This document shows, piece by piece, positions 25,636-33,926 of a DNA stretch of 46,894 nt (position 1 is the first letter of the stretch; each line of letters opens with the position of its first letter). Origin of the DNA: Candidatus Woesearchaeota archaeon (GTDB lineage Archaea; Nanobdellota; Nanobdellia; Pacearchaeales; GW2011-AR1); assembly GCA_964574775.1 (NCBI GenBank), contig CAZNOS010000002.1:1-46894 (forward strand), written 5' to 3'. Both the position numbers and the translations under genes were made by a program. Below the pieces are notes generated by a model. That model saw only the letters and a list, made by a program, of their open reading frames with translations. It was not told the origin of the DNA and made no database searches.

Positions 25636-26432
25636 TTTTCTTTTTTATTCTGTTTTATTTTTTCTATTTGTTGTGGTGTCATATTTGTTCCTTCGCGTAA
25701 CCACCTGTTCTCCGAGTCATATGTGGGAGAAGACATTATGTTTATATAATTTGTACTATTAGCGGGCATGTGCCCCAATCCACACGTGTGGTCAATTTCG
25801 TGCTCGAGAACCCGAGCAACTATTCTGTCTGGATTTAAATCCGAATGGTCCCTTATTAAATCATTTATACCAGAGAATAGATATACGGATTTTCCACTCT
25901 TGAATCCAGAGGCTATACGATTGCCACGCAACAGAGGGCTTACTTCTCTTTCGAAAACTTCTTTTTCTGCCTCTTCCCTAGTTATGTTTTTATCGTTTTT
26001 TGTCATACTTATTAGTCCATTCATTTTTCCAACATAGCTACCTTGTCCAGCATCACTCAAATATTCTTGCCAATTTGTATTCAAATATTCTGGAGAAGTG
26101 TAAATTCCAACGAAATTTTGATTATCTCTCTCGGTCAATAATCTGGTTGTTTCGTCTACAAAATTAAATTTAACAGCAATTCCTTGTGCTTTGTATACAT
26201 CTTCTATTCTCGTTACTATTTGTTGCCAGACACCATGATTTGGTTTTTCATAGAATTCGCTACTTAGGTAATCTTCCGGTATTTGATCTACACAAAAATT
26301 CATCTGTAGGGAATGTGTTTCTGCGGTTGGTACATTTGTTCTTGTTTCTTCGGCTCTAGAAGTGTGTATCGGCGTTACTGCCGTTAGTAAAGAGAGTCCC
26401 AGTATTTGTAATAATTTTGATGTCTTTTCCAT
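25617..26432 (-). CDS. Secreted zinc metalloprotease, metzincin-type.
   Basis: It has a signal peptide (MEKTSKLLQILGLSLLTAVTPIHTSRA), the HExxHxxGxxH motif (HEIDHTCGLGH) and a candidate Met-turn (YINIMSSP). Confidence 0.7.
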   Translation of the reverse strand: MEKTSKLLQILGLSLLTAVTPIHTSRAEETRTNVPTAETHSLQMNFCVDQIPEDYLSSEFYEKPNHGVWQQIVTRIEDVYKAQGIAVKFNFVDETTRLLTERDNQNFVGIYTSPEYLNTNWQEYLSDAGQGSYVGKMNGLISMTKNDKNITREEAEKEVFEREVSPLLRGNRIASGFKSGKSVYLFSGINDLIRDHSDLNPDRIVARVLEHEIDHTCGLGHMPANSTNYINIMSSPTYDSENRWLREGTNMTPQQIEKIKQNKKEKIRYKN

Positions 26433-26444
26433 GTTATTTGTAAT

Positions 26445-27017
26445 TCATTTTTTAGGAACTTTTTTTCTAGATGATTTCCAATTTAGATAAGCATGAGTAT
26501 TGTTGACAAAGTGAAGTGAGTGATGTGTGCCTTGTTGAATTGCGTTTTCTGGATGTTCTCTTTTGAATTCATTTAACCAGTCTATGAAAATATTAAGATA
26601 TTGGTTCCACTGTTGGCTTTGTGTTAAGTGGCTTAGTATTTTTTCAGAAGTTATTTCTTCTGTTAGTTGTTTTTTTATGTCTTCGTCGTTTATTACAAAA
26701 GTATCTAATCCCGAAAAACATGAATTTGTTCTACTAGTTAAACAACCTATGGGGGTATAAAATAATTTCATTTCTTCTTCGCTATGATTTTTATAATTTG
26801 GTTCAAAATATGCTTCTCTTGAGCAGGTTATTGCAAGGTCTCCAAATTGGTTTCTGTAGCGGAAATGGTCTGATGGATGGTCTTTTGTGTATCTTAAGTT
26901 GCCAAGCCATAAAATCACCGGAAGAACCATTTCTATATCTGGCGTATTTTTTCGTCTGGAAAACACGGGTTCTTCCAACTTAAACATACAATCTGATAGT
27001 TCTATTTTTGTTTGCAT
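26445..27017 (-). CDS. Hypothetical protein, upstream cistron of the metzincin gene.
   Basis: 190 aa with no signal peptide. Its stop lies 12 nt before the metzincin ATG. Confidence 0.5.
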   Translation of the reverse strand: MQTKIELSDCMFKLEEPVFSRRKNTPDIEMVLPVILWLGNLRYTKDHPSDHFRYRNQFGDLAITCSREAYFEPNYKNHSEEEMKLFYTPIGCLTSRTNSCFSGLDTFVINDEDIKKQLTEEITSEKILSHLTQSQQWNQYLNIFIDWLNEFKREHPENAIQQGTHHSLHFVNNTHAYLNWKSSRKKVPKK

Positions 27018-27075
27018 GTAGAATGGAGCAGTTTATATCTTTTTAAATTTTGCTATAGTTGTTACTTTCAAGTTA

Positions 27076-27957
27076 TTACATTTTCTTTAGAATTTCAATT
27101 CGCTTCTCTAGTGGAGGATGTGTTGAAAATAATTCTTGCGCTTTGTTTGGTTTTGCGATGAATAGTGGTGAAATAGATCCAGAAACTTTCATCTCTGAAT
27201 TTGATTTTATTTTTGTTAAAGCGTTAATTAATCCAGTTGGAGTTCTCGTGAATTTAACGGCAGTTGCGTCTGCAGAGTATTCTCTTTTTCTTGATATTGC
27301 AAGTTGAACTAGTGCGGTTACGATTGGTGCTAAAATTGCTAAAGCTATTCCTATTACTAAAAATATAGCGCCGGATTTTCCCCTATTATCATCTCCTCCC
27401 TTAAACCATAGGCTTCTCAAGAATATTTGTGCGACGATTGAAATCATGCCGACTAAAATTGCAGTTAGAGTCATAAATCTAATATCGTAGTTTGCGACGT
27501 GAGAAAGTTCGTGGGATAAAACTCCTTCGAGTTCTTGTTTGTTGAGTTTTTCTAGGGCGCCGGTTGTTACGCAAATTACTGCGTGTTTTGGATCTCGACC
27601 AGTTGCAAAAGCGTTGATTTGCGGATTGTTCATTACGTATAGTTGAGGCATTGGAAGTCCAGATGCTAAAGTTAATCCTTCGACTATGTCGTAAAATTGT
27701 TTGTGTTGGTGAGGATTTGCTTTAATCGCGCCGACAGATGCGAGTGCGATTTTGTCTGACGAATAATAACTTACTAAAGAATAAATTGTTGTGAAAATTA
27801 TTGCCATTATTAAAATTACAAAGGCATCTAGTTCGGAAAAGGCTCGTGCGATTGAATAAATCAATGCGACCAGAACGGCGCCGACTAGTCCGATTAGTAA
27901 AATAGAACTTCGCTTGTTTCTCGCTATTTGATCATAAAATGAAATTCGTTCTGCCAT
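27076..27957 (-). CDS. htpX: HtpX-type M48 membrane zinc protease.
   Basis: It has N-terminal TMs and HELSHVANYD (HExxH), with further TMs and a downstream Glu (REYSAD). Confidence 0.9.
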   Translation of the reverse strand: MAERISFYDQIARNKRSSILLIGLVGAVLVALIYSIARAFSELDAFVILIMAIIFTTIYSLVSYYSSDKIALASVGAIKANPHQHKQFYDIVEGLTLASGLPMPQLYVMNNPQINAFATGRDPKHAVICVTTGALEKLNKQELEGVLSHELSHVANYDIRFMTLTAILVGMISIVAQIFLRSLWFKGGDDNRGKSGAIFLVIGIALAILAPIVTALVQLAISRKREYSADATAVKFTRTPTGLINALTKIKSNSEMKVSGSISPLFIAKPNKAQELFSTHPPLEKRIEILKKM

Positions 27958-27990
27958 CTTTTAATTAATTAAATTATTCGAGTTTTTAAG
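27942..27990. repeat. 49-bp direct repeat, copy 1 (htpX promoter plus the first 16 nt of its CDS).
   Basis: The sequence is aaattcgttctgccatcttttaattaattaaattattcgagtttttaag. It matches 28483-28531 at 48 of 49 positions. Confidence 0.95.
27982..27990 (-). promoter_or_regulatory. TATA-like box of htpX (minus strand CTTAAAAAC).
   Basis: It is centred about 29 nt upstream of the htpX ATG. The same TTAAAAA-type box and spacing occur at several other genes here. An identical copy lies at 28523-28531. Confidence 0.45.
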
Positions 27991-28025
27991 TGCTTCGACT
28001 CATCTGCGGTGAAAGGGCTTGGGGA

Positions 28026-28436
28026 CTATTTTCCGCGTCCAAAGATAATGTGGAATAAAATTGAAAGGGCAATCATAAAGAGTCCAAAAATTGCAACTAG
28101 ATTGTTTCGGGATATTAGTGATGTTGTCATGCTTATGAATATTAAAAATAGAAGAACGCCTTGCATTATTGCTGTTTTTTTATAATAGTAATCATAGACT
28201 CCTCTTCTTCCTACAACTAACAGCTTTCTAATATAAACTCCCTCAATCAAATATATCGTTCCGGTTAAAATAAGAGTTGTATATAATGTAATTGTAGATA
28301 TTAATGTTAATGTATAGTTAAGAAAGTTGAATATTTTGGGAATTACAAAGAAAAAAAATATGACTATTCCACTGCCATAAAATAATCTTATTCTGGTTTT
28401 GTCTAATAACTTGAATAATTTTTCTTTATCTTGCAT
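28026..28436 (-). CDS. Small polytopic membrane protein (4 predicted TM helices), function unknown.
   Basis: 136 aa and hydrophobic. It is bracketed by the 49-bp direct repeats. Confidence 0.6.
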   Translation of the reverse strand: MQDKEKLFKLLDKTRIRLFYGSGIVIFFFFVIPKIFNFLNYTLTLISTITLYTTLILTGTIYLIEGVYIRKLLVVGRRGVYDYYYKKTAIMQGVLLFLIFISMTTSLISRNNLVAIFGLFMIALSILFHIIFGRGK

Positions 28437-28482
28437 AATTTATTTGAGAAAAGGATATTTATTAAAGTTACTAATCAAACTT

Positions 28483-28531
28483 AAATTCGTTCTACCATCT
28501 TTTAATTAATTAAATTATTCGAGTTTTTAAG
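28483..28531. repeat. 49-bp direct repeat, copy 2 (upstream of the small membrane-protein gene).
   Basis: The sequence is aaattcgttctaccatcttttaattaattaaattattcgagtttttaag. The duplicated ATG (28498-28496) now opens only a 5-codon ORF, ATGGTAGAACGAATTTAA. Confidence 0.95.
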
Positions 28532-28585
28532 AGTTATGATTATCAGTATAGCAATTTATTTAAATCTATTATTAATCAAAATTGA

Positions 28586-28876
28586 ATGCCTGCACCAAAA
28601 AGAACTTTCAGGGAATATGATTTGGGTTTACACGAAGTGATGGCTTCAGAAAATCGGGTTGCGAACAGAAGGGCCCTGGCTGCGAGAGAGTCGTGTTTTG
28701 ATTCTTATGTTAGACCTGTACTTGTTGGACTTGGACTTGTAGCAATTACTGATCTTTCTCGAATGGCCGCAATAGAAAATAAAGAGTGGCTCGAAAGAAA
28801 GTGTGAACAAGTTTATTCTTTTATTGGGATTCCGATGTCGTCACCATACGAAGAAGTAACAGAAATTTTAGATTGA
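28586..28876 (+). CDS. Hypothetical protein.
   Basis: 96 aa. A TATA-like ATTTAAAT (28558-28565) lies about 24 nt upstream. It lies between lemA and htpX on the opposite strand. Confidence 0.5.
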   Translation: MPAPKRTFREYDLGLHEVMASENRVANRRALAARESCFDSYVRPVLVGLGLVAITDLSRMAAIENKEWLERKCEQVYSFIGIPMSSPYEEVTEILD

Positions 28877-28895
28877 GAAAATATTTATAATTTAA

Positions 28896-29447
28896 TTAAA
28901 ACTTAACGACAGGTGTCTTTCGTTCAACTTCAGTTATTTTCAAATACTCTTTTTGTTTTTTACTAAACATTTTTGCGAACATATTTCCTGGGAATGTACT
29001 AAACAAGTTATCGTATTCTAAAATAGAGTCGTTGAAATATTGTCTTGAATATGCGATTTTGTCTTCAGTAGAAGCCAATTCATTTTGAAGTTGGATAAAA
29101 TTCTCGTTTGCTTTAAGATTTGGATAGTTTTCTGCGATTGCGAATAATCTTCCTAGCGCGCCTTCAAGTTTCTGGTCTGCTTTGATTTTGTTTCCAACGC
29201 CTTTCGCTCCGACAAGTGCTTTTCTTGCATCAGTCACTTCAGTTATAACAGATTTCTCGTGTTTCATAAAACCCTTTACGGATTCCATCAAGTTTGGAAT
29301 TAAATCTGCTCGTCTTTTGAGTTGAACGTCGATTTGTGAAGAAGAATTCTCGATTCTGTTTTCAAGAAGTGCGAATCTGTTATAATAAGAAATAAAAGTT
29401 ATTCCTATTAAAATTACTATACCCCCAATTATCCACCAAATTACCAT
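28896..29447 (-). CDS. lemA: LemA-family protein.
   Basis: An N-terminal TM is followed by YYNRF..LENRIENSSSQIDVQLKRRADLIPNL...HEK. Confidence 0.85.
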   Translation of the reverse strand: MVIWWIIGGIVILIGITFISYYNRFALLENRIENSSSQIDVQLKRRADLIPNLMESVKGFMKHEKSVITEVTDARKALVGAKGVGNKIKADQKLEGALGRLFAIAENYPNLKANENFIQLQNELASTEDKIAYSRQYFNDSILEYDNLFSTFPGNMFAKMFSKKQKEYLKITEVERKTPVVKF

Positions 29448-29536
29448 GTTTTAATTTATGAAAACTTCTTTATAAATCTTGTGCCGATTTTTTAGAGAAT
29501 AGGCAAACTTAAAAAGAGCTGAGAAATTATTATTTT

Positions 29537-29905
29537 ATGAAAGTCTGGGTTAAGATTTTGATTGCAGTAGTGATCCTAGTAGTGTTGGCTTGGGGGTTGA
29601 TGTTTATATTTGATTCTTCTATTTCTGGGAATGTAATACTTGGTGAAAGTTCTATGGAAGATTTTGTTTCTTGTTTAAGTGATAAGGAGATTGTTCTTTT
29701 CGGATTTAATGGGAATCCGCAAGTTGAGGCACAATTGGTCTTGTTTGAAAACTATTCAAGCAGTGTGAGTTATGTTGATTGTCGGATTAATCCTGAAAGT
29801 TGTGTAGGAGTTATTGTTCATCCTTCTTGGAAAATTGAAGGCAGAATTGTTTCTAGCGGTCTTTCTTTAAGAATGTTGTCTCAGCTTTCTGGATGCGGAT
29901 TATAG
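29537..29905 (+). CDS. Membrane-anchored thioredoxin-fold-like protein lacking the CxxC active site.
   Basis: An N-terminal TM is followed by FVSCLSDKEIVLFGFNGNPQVEAQLVLF...YVDC...SC...HPSWKIEG...SLRMLSQLSGC. From memory, this resembles the Trx-like domain associated with VKOR-type proteins (CL..KG...YGA.WCPHC..QK..F...YVEC...C...YPTW...SGC). The WCPHC position here reads NGNPQV. Confidence 0.5.
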   Translation: MKVWVKILIAVVILVVLAWGLMFIFDSSISGNVILGESSMEDFVSCLSDKEIVLFGFNGNPQVEAQLVLFENYSSSVSYVDCRINPESCVGVIVHPSWKIEGRIVSSGLSLRMLSQLSGCGL

Positions 29906-29940
29906 TAAAATTTATAAAGTAAACTATTGTTAACATTCTT

Positions 29941-30306
29941 ATGTATTCACTACCACAGGAAATTGAAGTTTGGTATATTATACCTAAGATAAGAAAGGAA
30001 CTTGCAGGGATATTTGTAAAAGAATATGGGTTAAGTTATGAGAAGGCTGGCGATATTCTTGGAATCAGTAAGGCTGCTGTTTCGCAGTATCTTTCGAATA
30101 AGCGTGCTAATAAAATTAAGCTTTCAAAGGAAACAGAAAAAGAAATCAAGATTTCTGCCAAAAATATTATTGAAAAGAAAACAAATGGCATGATAGAAAT
30201 TGAAAGAATAATACAATTTATGAAAAAATCTAAGTGTGCTTGTGATGTTTGTAAACAATATAATAAGGGAGTGTTGAAATATTGCAATTGCGAATATAAG
30301 TACTAA
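29941..30306 (+). CDS. HTH transcriptional regulator with a C-terminal Cys cluster, first gene of the iscS-iscU operon.
   Basis: The HTH is YEKAGDILGISKAAVSQYLSNKR. The C-terminus is CACDVCKQYNKGVLKYCNC. Its stop lies 1 nt before the iscS ATG, and a TATA (TTTATAAA, 29911-29918) lies 26 nt upstream. Confidence 0.6.
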   Translation: MYSLPQEIEVWYIIPKIRKELAGIFVKEYGLSYEKAGDILGISKAAVSQYLSNKRANKIKLSKETEKEIKISAKNIIEKKTNGMIEIERIIQFMKKSKCACDVCKQYNKGVLKYCNCEYKY

Positions 30307-30307
30307 G

Positions 30308-31453
30308 ATGGCAAAAATATATTTAGATAATGCGGCGACAACTCAACTTGCGAAGGATGTTGTGGAAGAAATAAAGAATAAAATTGGAATTTATGGTAAT
30401 CCCTCATCTAGGCATTCTATCGGTCAAGGTACTAAACTAGAAATTGAAAAAGCTCGTGAAAAATTAGCAAAATTTATTGGTGCTAAACCTGAAGAAATTA
30501 TCTTTACATCCGGTGCAACTGAAAGTAATAATTTGGCGATTAGGGGAGTTTTGAAAAATAGCAAGAAAAAACATATCGTAGTTTCGGTTATTGAGCATCC
30601 GGCTGTACTTGAAGTTTGTAAAGATTTGGAAAAAGATGGTTGTAAAATAAGTTATGTTAAGGTAGATGAGGACGGAATTGTAAATCCAAAAGACGTCTCT
30701 GATGCAATTACAAGGGATACGGTATTAGTTTCTATTATGCATGTTAATAACGAAATCGGGACAATTCAACCGATCAGTGAAATTGCGAAAATTTGTAAAG
30801 AGAAAAAAGTTTTGTTTCATTGTGATGCGGTTCAGTCTTTTGGTAAAATAAAAATTGATGTTAATAGCATTGGAGTGGATTTGATGTCTGTTTCTGGGCA
30901 TAAGTTAAATGCATTGAAGGGAATTGGATTTCTTTACGTAAGGAAGGGAGTTAAAATTTCTCCGATTATTAACGGTGGTGGACAGGAAAATAACTTAAGA
31001 AGTGGAACTGAAAATGTTTTGGGAATTATTTCTTTGGCGAAGGCGATTGATTTGAAAAGAAAATCAGAAGATGTAAAAAAATCAAGAGATAGAATTATGA
31101 ATGAACTTTTGAAAATTCCTGGCGCAAAATTAAATGGGTCTCTAGAGAAAAGAATTTACAATAATGTCGCAATTTCATTTTATGGGATTGAGGGAGAAAG
31201 TTTGCAGATGTTATTAGATGAAGATAGGATTTGTGTTTCTACTGGGTCGGCTTGTGGTTCGAATAAACTTGCCGGAAGTCATGTTTTACACGCAATTAAT
31301 GTGGGTAAATTTTATTTGAATGGAAATATTAGAATTAGTTTGGATACACTAAATGTTTTAACGAAAGAACAGGAAAATTACGTAATTGATAGAATTAAGG
31401 CAAATGTTGAGAAATTGACTAAAATAAGTCCGTTTAAATGGAGTGGAAAATGA
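30308..31453 (+). CDS. iscS: Cysteine desulfurase (IscS/NifS family, PLP-dependent).
   Basis: YLDNAATT, the PLP-Lys motif SGHKL and the active-site loop STGSACGS are all present. Confidence 0.9.
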   Translation: MAKIYLDNAATTQLAKDVVEEIKNKIGIYGNPSSRHSIGQGTKLEIEKAREKLAKFIGAKPEEIIFTSGATESNNLAIRGVLKNSKKKHIVVSVIEHPAVLEVCKDLEKDGCKISYVKVDEDGIVNPKDVSDAITRDTVLVSIMHVNNEIGTIQPISEIAKICKEKKVLFHCDAVQSFGKIKIDVNSIGVDLMSVSGHKLNALKGIGFLYVRKGVKISPIINGGGQENNLRSGTENVLGIISLAKAIDLKRKSEDVKKSRDRIMNELLKIPGAKLNGSLEKRIYNNVAISFYGIEGESLQMLLDEDRICVSTGSACGSNKLAGSHVLHAINVGKFYLNGNIRISLDTLNVLTKEQENYVIDRIKANVEKLTKISPFKWSGK

Positions 31454-31836
31454 ATACTTATAGTCCAGAAGTTTTGAAACACTTTTCGAATCCACACAAT
31501 ATGGGCGAAATGAAGAACGTGGATGCTGTCGGAGAGTTAGGAAATCCTTCATGCGGAGATGTTATGAAGATATATTTGAAAGTTGGAAAGAATAAATTTG
31601 GAAAAGATTCTATTAAAGATATTAAATTTCAGACGATGGGTTGTGCGGCGGCTATTGCTACGTCCTCGATGATTACTGATTTGGCTAAAGGTAAAACTTT
31701 AGAAGAAGCTAAGAAAATTACAAATAAGGATGTCGCAGAATCATTAAAGGGTCTTCCGCCAATAAAAATGCATTGTTCTAATTTGGCTGCGGATGCGTTG
31801 AAAAAGGCTATTGAGAATTGGGAAAATAAGGTTTAA
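31450..31836 (+). CDS. iscU: Fe-S cluster scaffold protein IscU/NifU-like.
   Basis: HFSNPHNMG..GNPSCGDVM...FQTMGCAAAIATSS...HCSNLAADAL. There is an ATGA overlap with iscS at 31450-31453. Confidence 0.9.
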   Translation: MNTYSPEVLKHFSNPHNMGEMKNVDAVGELGNPSCGDVMKIYLKVGKNKFGKDSIKDIKFQTMGCAAAIATSSMITDLAKGKTLEEAKKITNKDVAESLKGLPPIKMHCSNLAADALKKAIENWENKV

Positions 31837-31860
31837 ATAGTAATAATGGTTTGTTTCTAT

Positions 31861-33717
31861 ATGCAAAAAAAAGGCGTATCTGCTGTTGTGGCAACAATTT
31901 TAATTGTTATGATTACGGTAGCTGCTGTGGGTCTTATTTGGATGTTCGTTTTGCCCATGGTTCAGAGGTCTTTATCCGTAGACGATGCTTGCAAAAATGC
32001 AGATTTGAATATAGAAAATGATGGTTATACTTGTTATGTGGAAAATAATTTTACTAGTGTGCAAATAAAGAAAGGTAATTCTGATGTAGACATTATTGGG
32101 GTAGATATTATAATTTCTTCAGATGGTAATAGTCAAAGCTATCCAACAGACTTTCAATTTATTAGGGGAGAAGAGAAGGTGTTTTCAATAAATACGCCCA
32201 CTATTTCAAAGGTCGAAAGCATTGGTGTCGCTGCAGTCGTAAAACGTGGAAACGAAAAGAAAACTTGTTCGGTTGTTTATTTACAAGATATAAAGAAATG
32301 TTCGCTCGGTGTATTGCCGGAAGAAAATTTTATAAATGACGAATTAGATATTCCATTTGAGTCTTGTACAACGAATGCGCAAGGATTTTATGCAGGCGCG
32401 GGAACATCAGGAAGCCCCTATCAAATTTGTAACTGGAATCAGCTAAGTAATATTAGAAATAAGTTAAGCGCAAGTTATAAGTTAATAACAAATATAGATT
32501 CTGATACTGAAGGATATTATGGTCAGGAAGATGTTGATGCTTCTATGGGCGGATGGTTGCCAATTGGAAATTCAACTAATCCCTTTACTGGAACTTTTGA
32601 TGGCGGTGGATATACAATTGATGGAGTTTATATGAATTATGACGATAGGGATGGCGTGGGATTGTTTGGATTTACTACTAATGCAATAATCTCTAATGTT
32701 GGTTTGACAGGTTTTAGATATAGTAGTTTGGCTAGATATGGGAATGTTAATCAAAAATATTTTGGCGGTTTAGTTGGAAAACAAAGCGGAGGATTAATAA
32801 ATAATTCTTATGTTAAAGGAACGTTTGAAGGTGGCGGGAGAGAAGACTATCTGGGAGGGGTAGTTGGACATTCAACGGGGAATATTACTAATTCGTATTC
32901 TGACGTATATATAGGGTCTACCAACGACTTTATCGGGGGCTTAGTCGGTTATTCTTCTGGGGTAATTGAAAAGAGCTATTCAAAGAGGAATGTCTTGGAA
33001 GTTGCTAATAATTATATAGGGGGTTTAGCGGGTCAGCTTTTTGGTGGAAAAATCGTATCTTCGTATTCAGAAATGGATATTAAAGTGGGAGTTCAATTTG
33101 TGGGAGGCTTAGTCGGTCGTAATGATGGGGCGGTTTTGAAATCATATTATTCGGGTAATATTTCTAGTGAATATTATTTAACGATGGTGGGTGGAATAGT
33201 CGGATATAATATCGGAACAATTGAAAATTGTTATTCTGTGGGTAATATTGAAGGGAATGAAATAGGAGGAGTGGCAGGCAACTCTGAAGGAACAATCAAA
33301 AATTGTTATTCGACTGCAAAAATAACTGGCAATGTTATTAATGGATATACTCTAGCAGGAGGTCTCGTGGGAAATGGAAGGCCAGCAATAAATTCTTTTG
33401 CAGATAATATTGTTATTTCTGAAGTAGGGGATGCTGGAGGACTTTTCGGTAGCATCTATGATGCAACACCTTCAAACGTATATTGGAGAAATACTACAAA
33501 CAATCCTAATGTTTGTTATTATGAATACCAAGAAGGAGTACCTACCGGAAGTAATGTTGGTTGTACGCTAGTTACTAATTCAAACGAGTTTTATAATGTA
33601 GATTTGGGATTTACATCTGGAAGCAAAGATGGATTATACAAATATAAAAACGGAACATATATCTGGCCAGAAGATGTTTGGTCTTGGTCTGCAAGTAACT
33701 ATCCTCAATTGAAATAA
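31861..33717 (+). CDS. Surface protein with an archaeal class III (pilin/flagellin-type) signal peptide and GLUG-motif repeats.
   Basis: The N-terminus is MQKKGVSAVVATILIVMITVAAVGLIW, matching the archaeal pilin-like GVS.V(I/V)ATIL pattern. The C-terminal half has about 9 repeats containing GG(L/V)(V/A)G (GLUG-like). Confidence 0.7.
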   Translation: MQKKGVSAVVATILIVMITVAAVGLIWMFVLPMVQRSLSVDDACKNADLNIENDGYTCYVENNFTSVQIKKGNSDVDIIGVDIIISSDGNSQSYPTDFQFIRGEEKVFSINTPTISKVESIGVAAVVKRGNEKKTCSVVYLQDIKKCSLGVLPEENFINDELDIPFESCTTNAQGFYAGAGTSGSPYQICNWNQLSNIRNKLSASYKLITNIDSDTEGYYGQEDVDASMGGWLPIGNSTNPFTGTFDGGGYTIDGVYMNYDDRDGVGLFGFTTNAIISNVGLTGFRYSSLARYGNVNQKYFGGLVGKQSGGLINNSYVKGTFEGGGREDYLGGVVGHSTGNITNSYSDVYIGSTNDFIGGLVGYSSGVIEKSYSKRNVLEVANNYIGGLAGQLFGGKIVSSYSEMDIKVGVQFVGGLVGRNDGAVLKSYYSGNISSEYYLTMVGGIVGYNIGTIENCYSVGNIEGNEIGGVAGNSEGTIKNCYSTAKITGNVINGYTLAGGLVGNGRPAINSFADNIVISEVGDAGGLFGSIYDATPSNVYWRNTTNNPNVCYYEYQEGVPTGSNVGCTLVTNSNEFYNVDLGFTSGSKDGLYKYKNGTYIWPEDVWSWSASNYPQLK

Positions 33718-33809
33718 AATTAAAACTAGTTCTCCATATGATCGTTAACGCCCTAAACTAAGATATATAAAGTTTGAATTATTGGGTATTTAATCAAAAA
33801 GGAGGCAAA

Positions 33810-33926
33810 ATGGCAGCTTACAAAAAACATCTTTGCGCTTTTAGGAATGAGACCGAGTGTGAGGAAGAACTTGAAGAAGAGGGTAAGACATTAGAGGAGG
33901 CAGAGGATGAGTATTTCAAAGACTAA
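33810..33926 (+). CDS. Candidate small acidic protein (38 aa).
   Basis: MAAYKKHLCAFRNETECEEELEEEGKTLEEAEDEYFKD, with AAGGAGG 6 nt upstream. It is below the track threshold and overlaps the next ORF's start by 20 nt. Confidence 0.35.
   Translation: MAAYKKHLCAFRNETECEEELEEEGKTLEEAEDEYFKD

Noticed and set aside
26563-27307. Antisense ORFs 26563-26760, 26798-26983 and 27059-27307, opposite the ORFan and htpX.
   Set aside because: They are short, antisense to better-supported frames and lack initiation signals.
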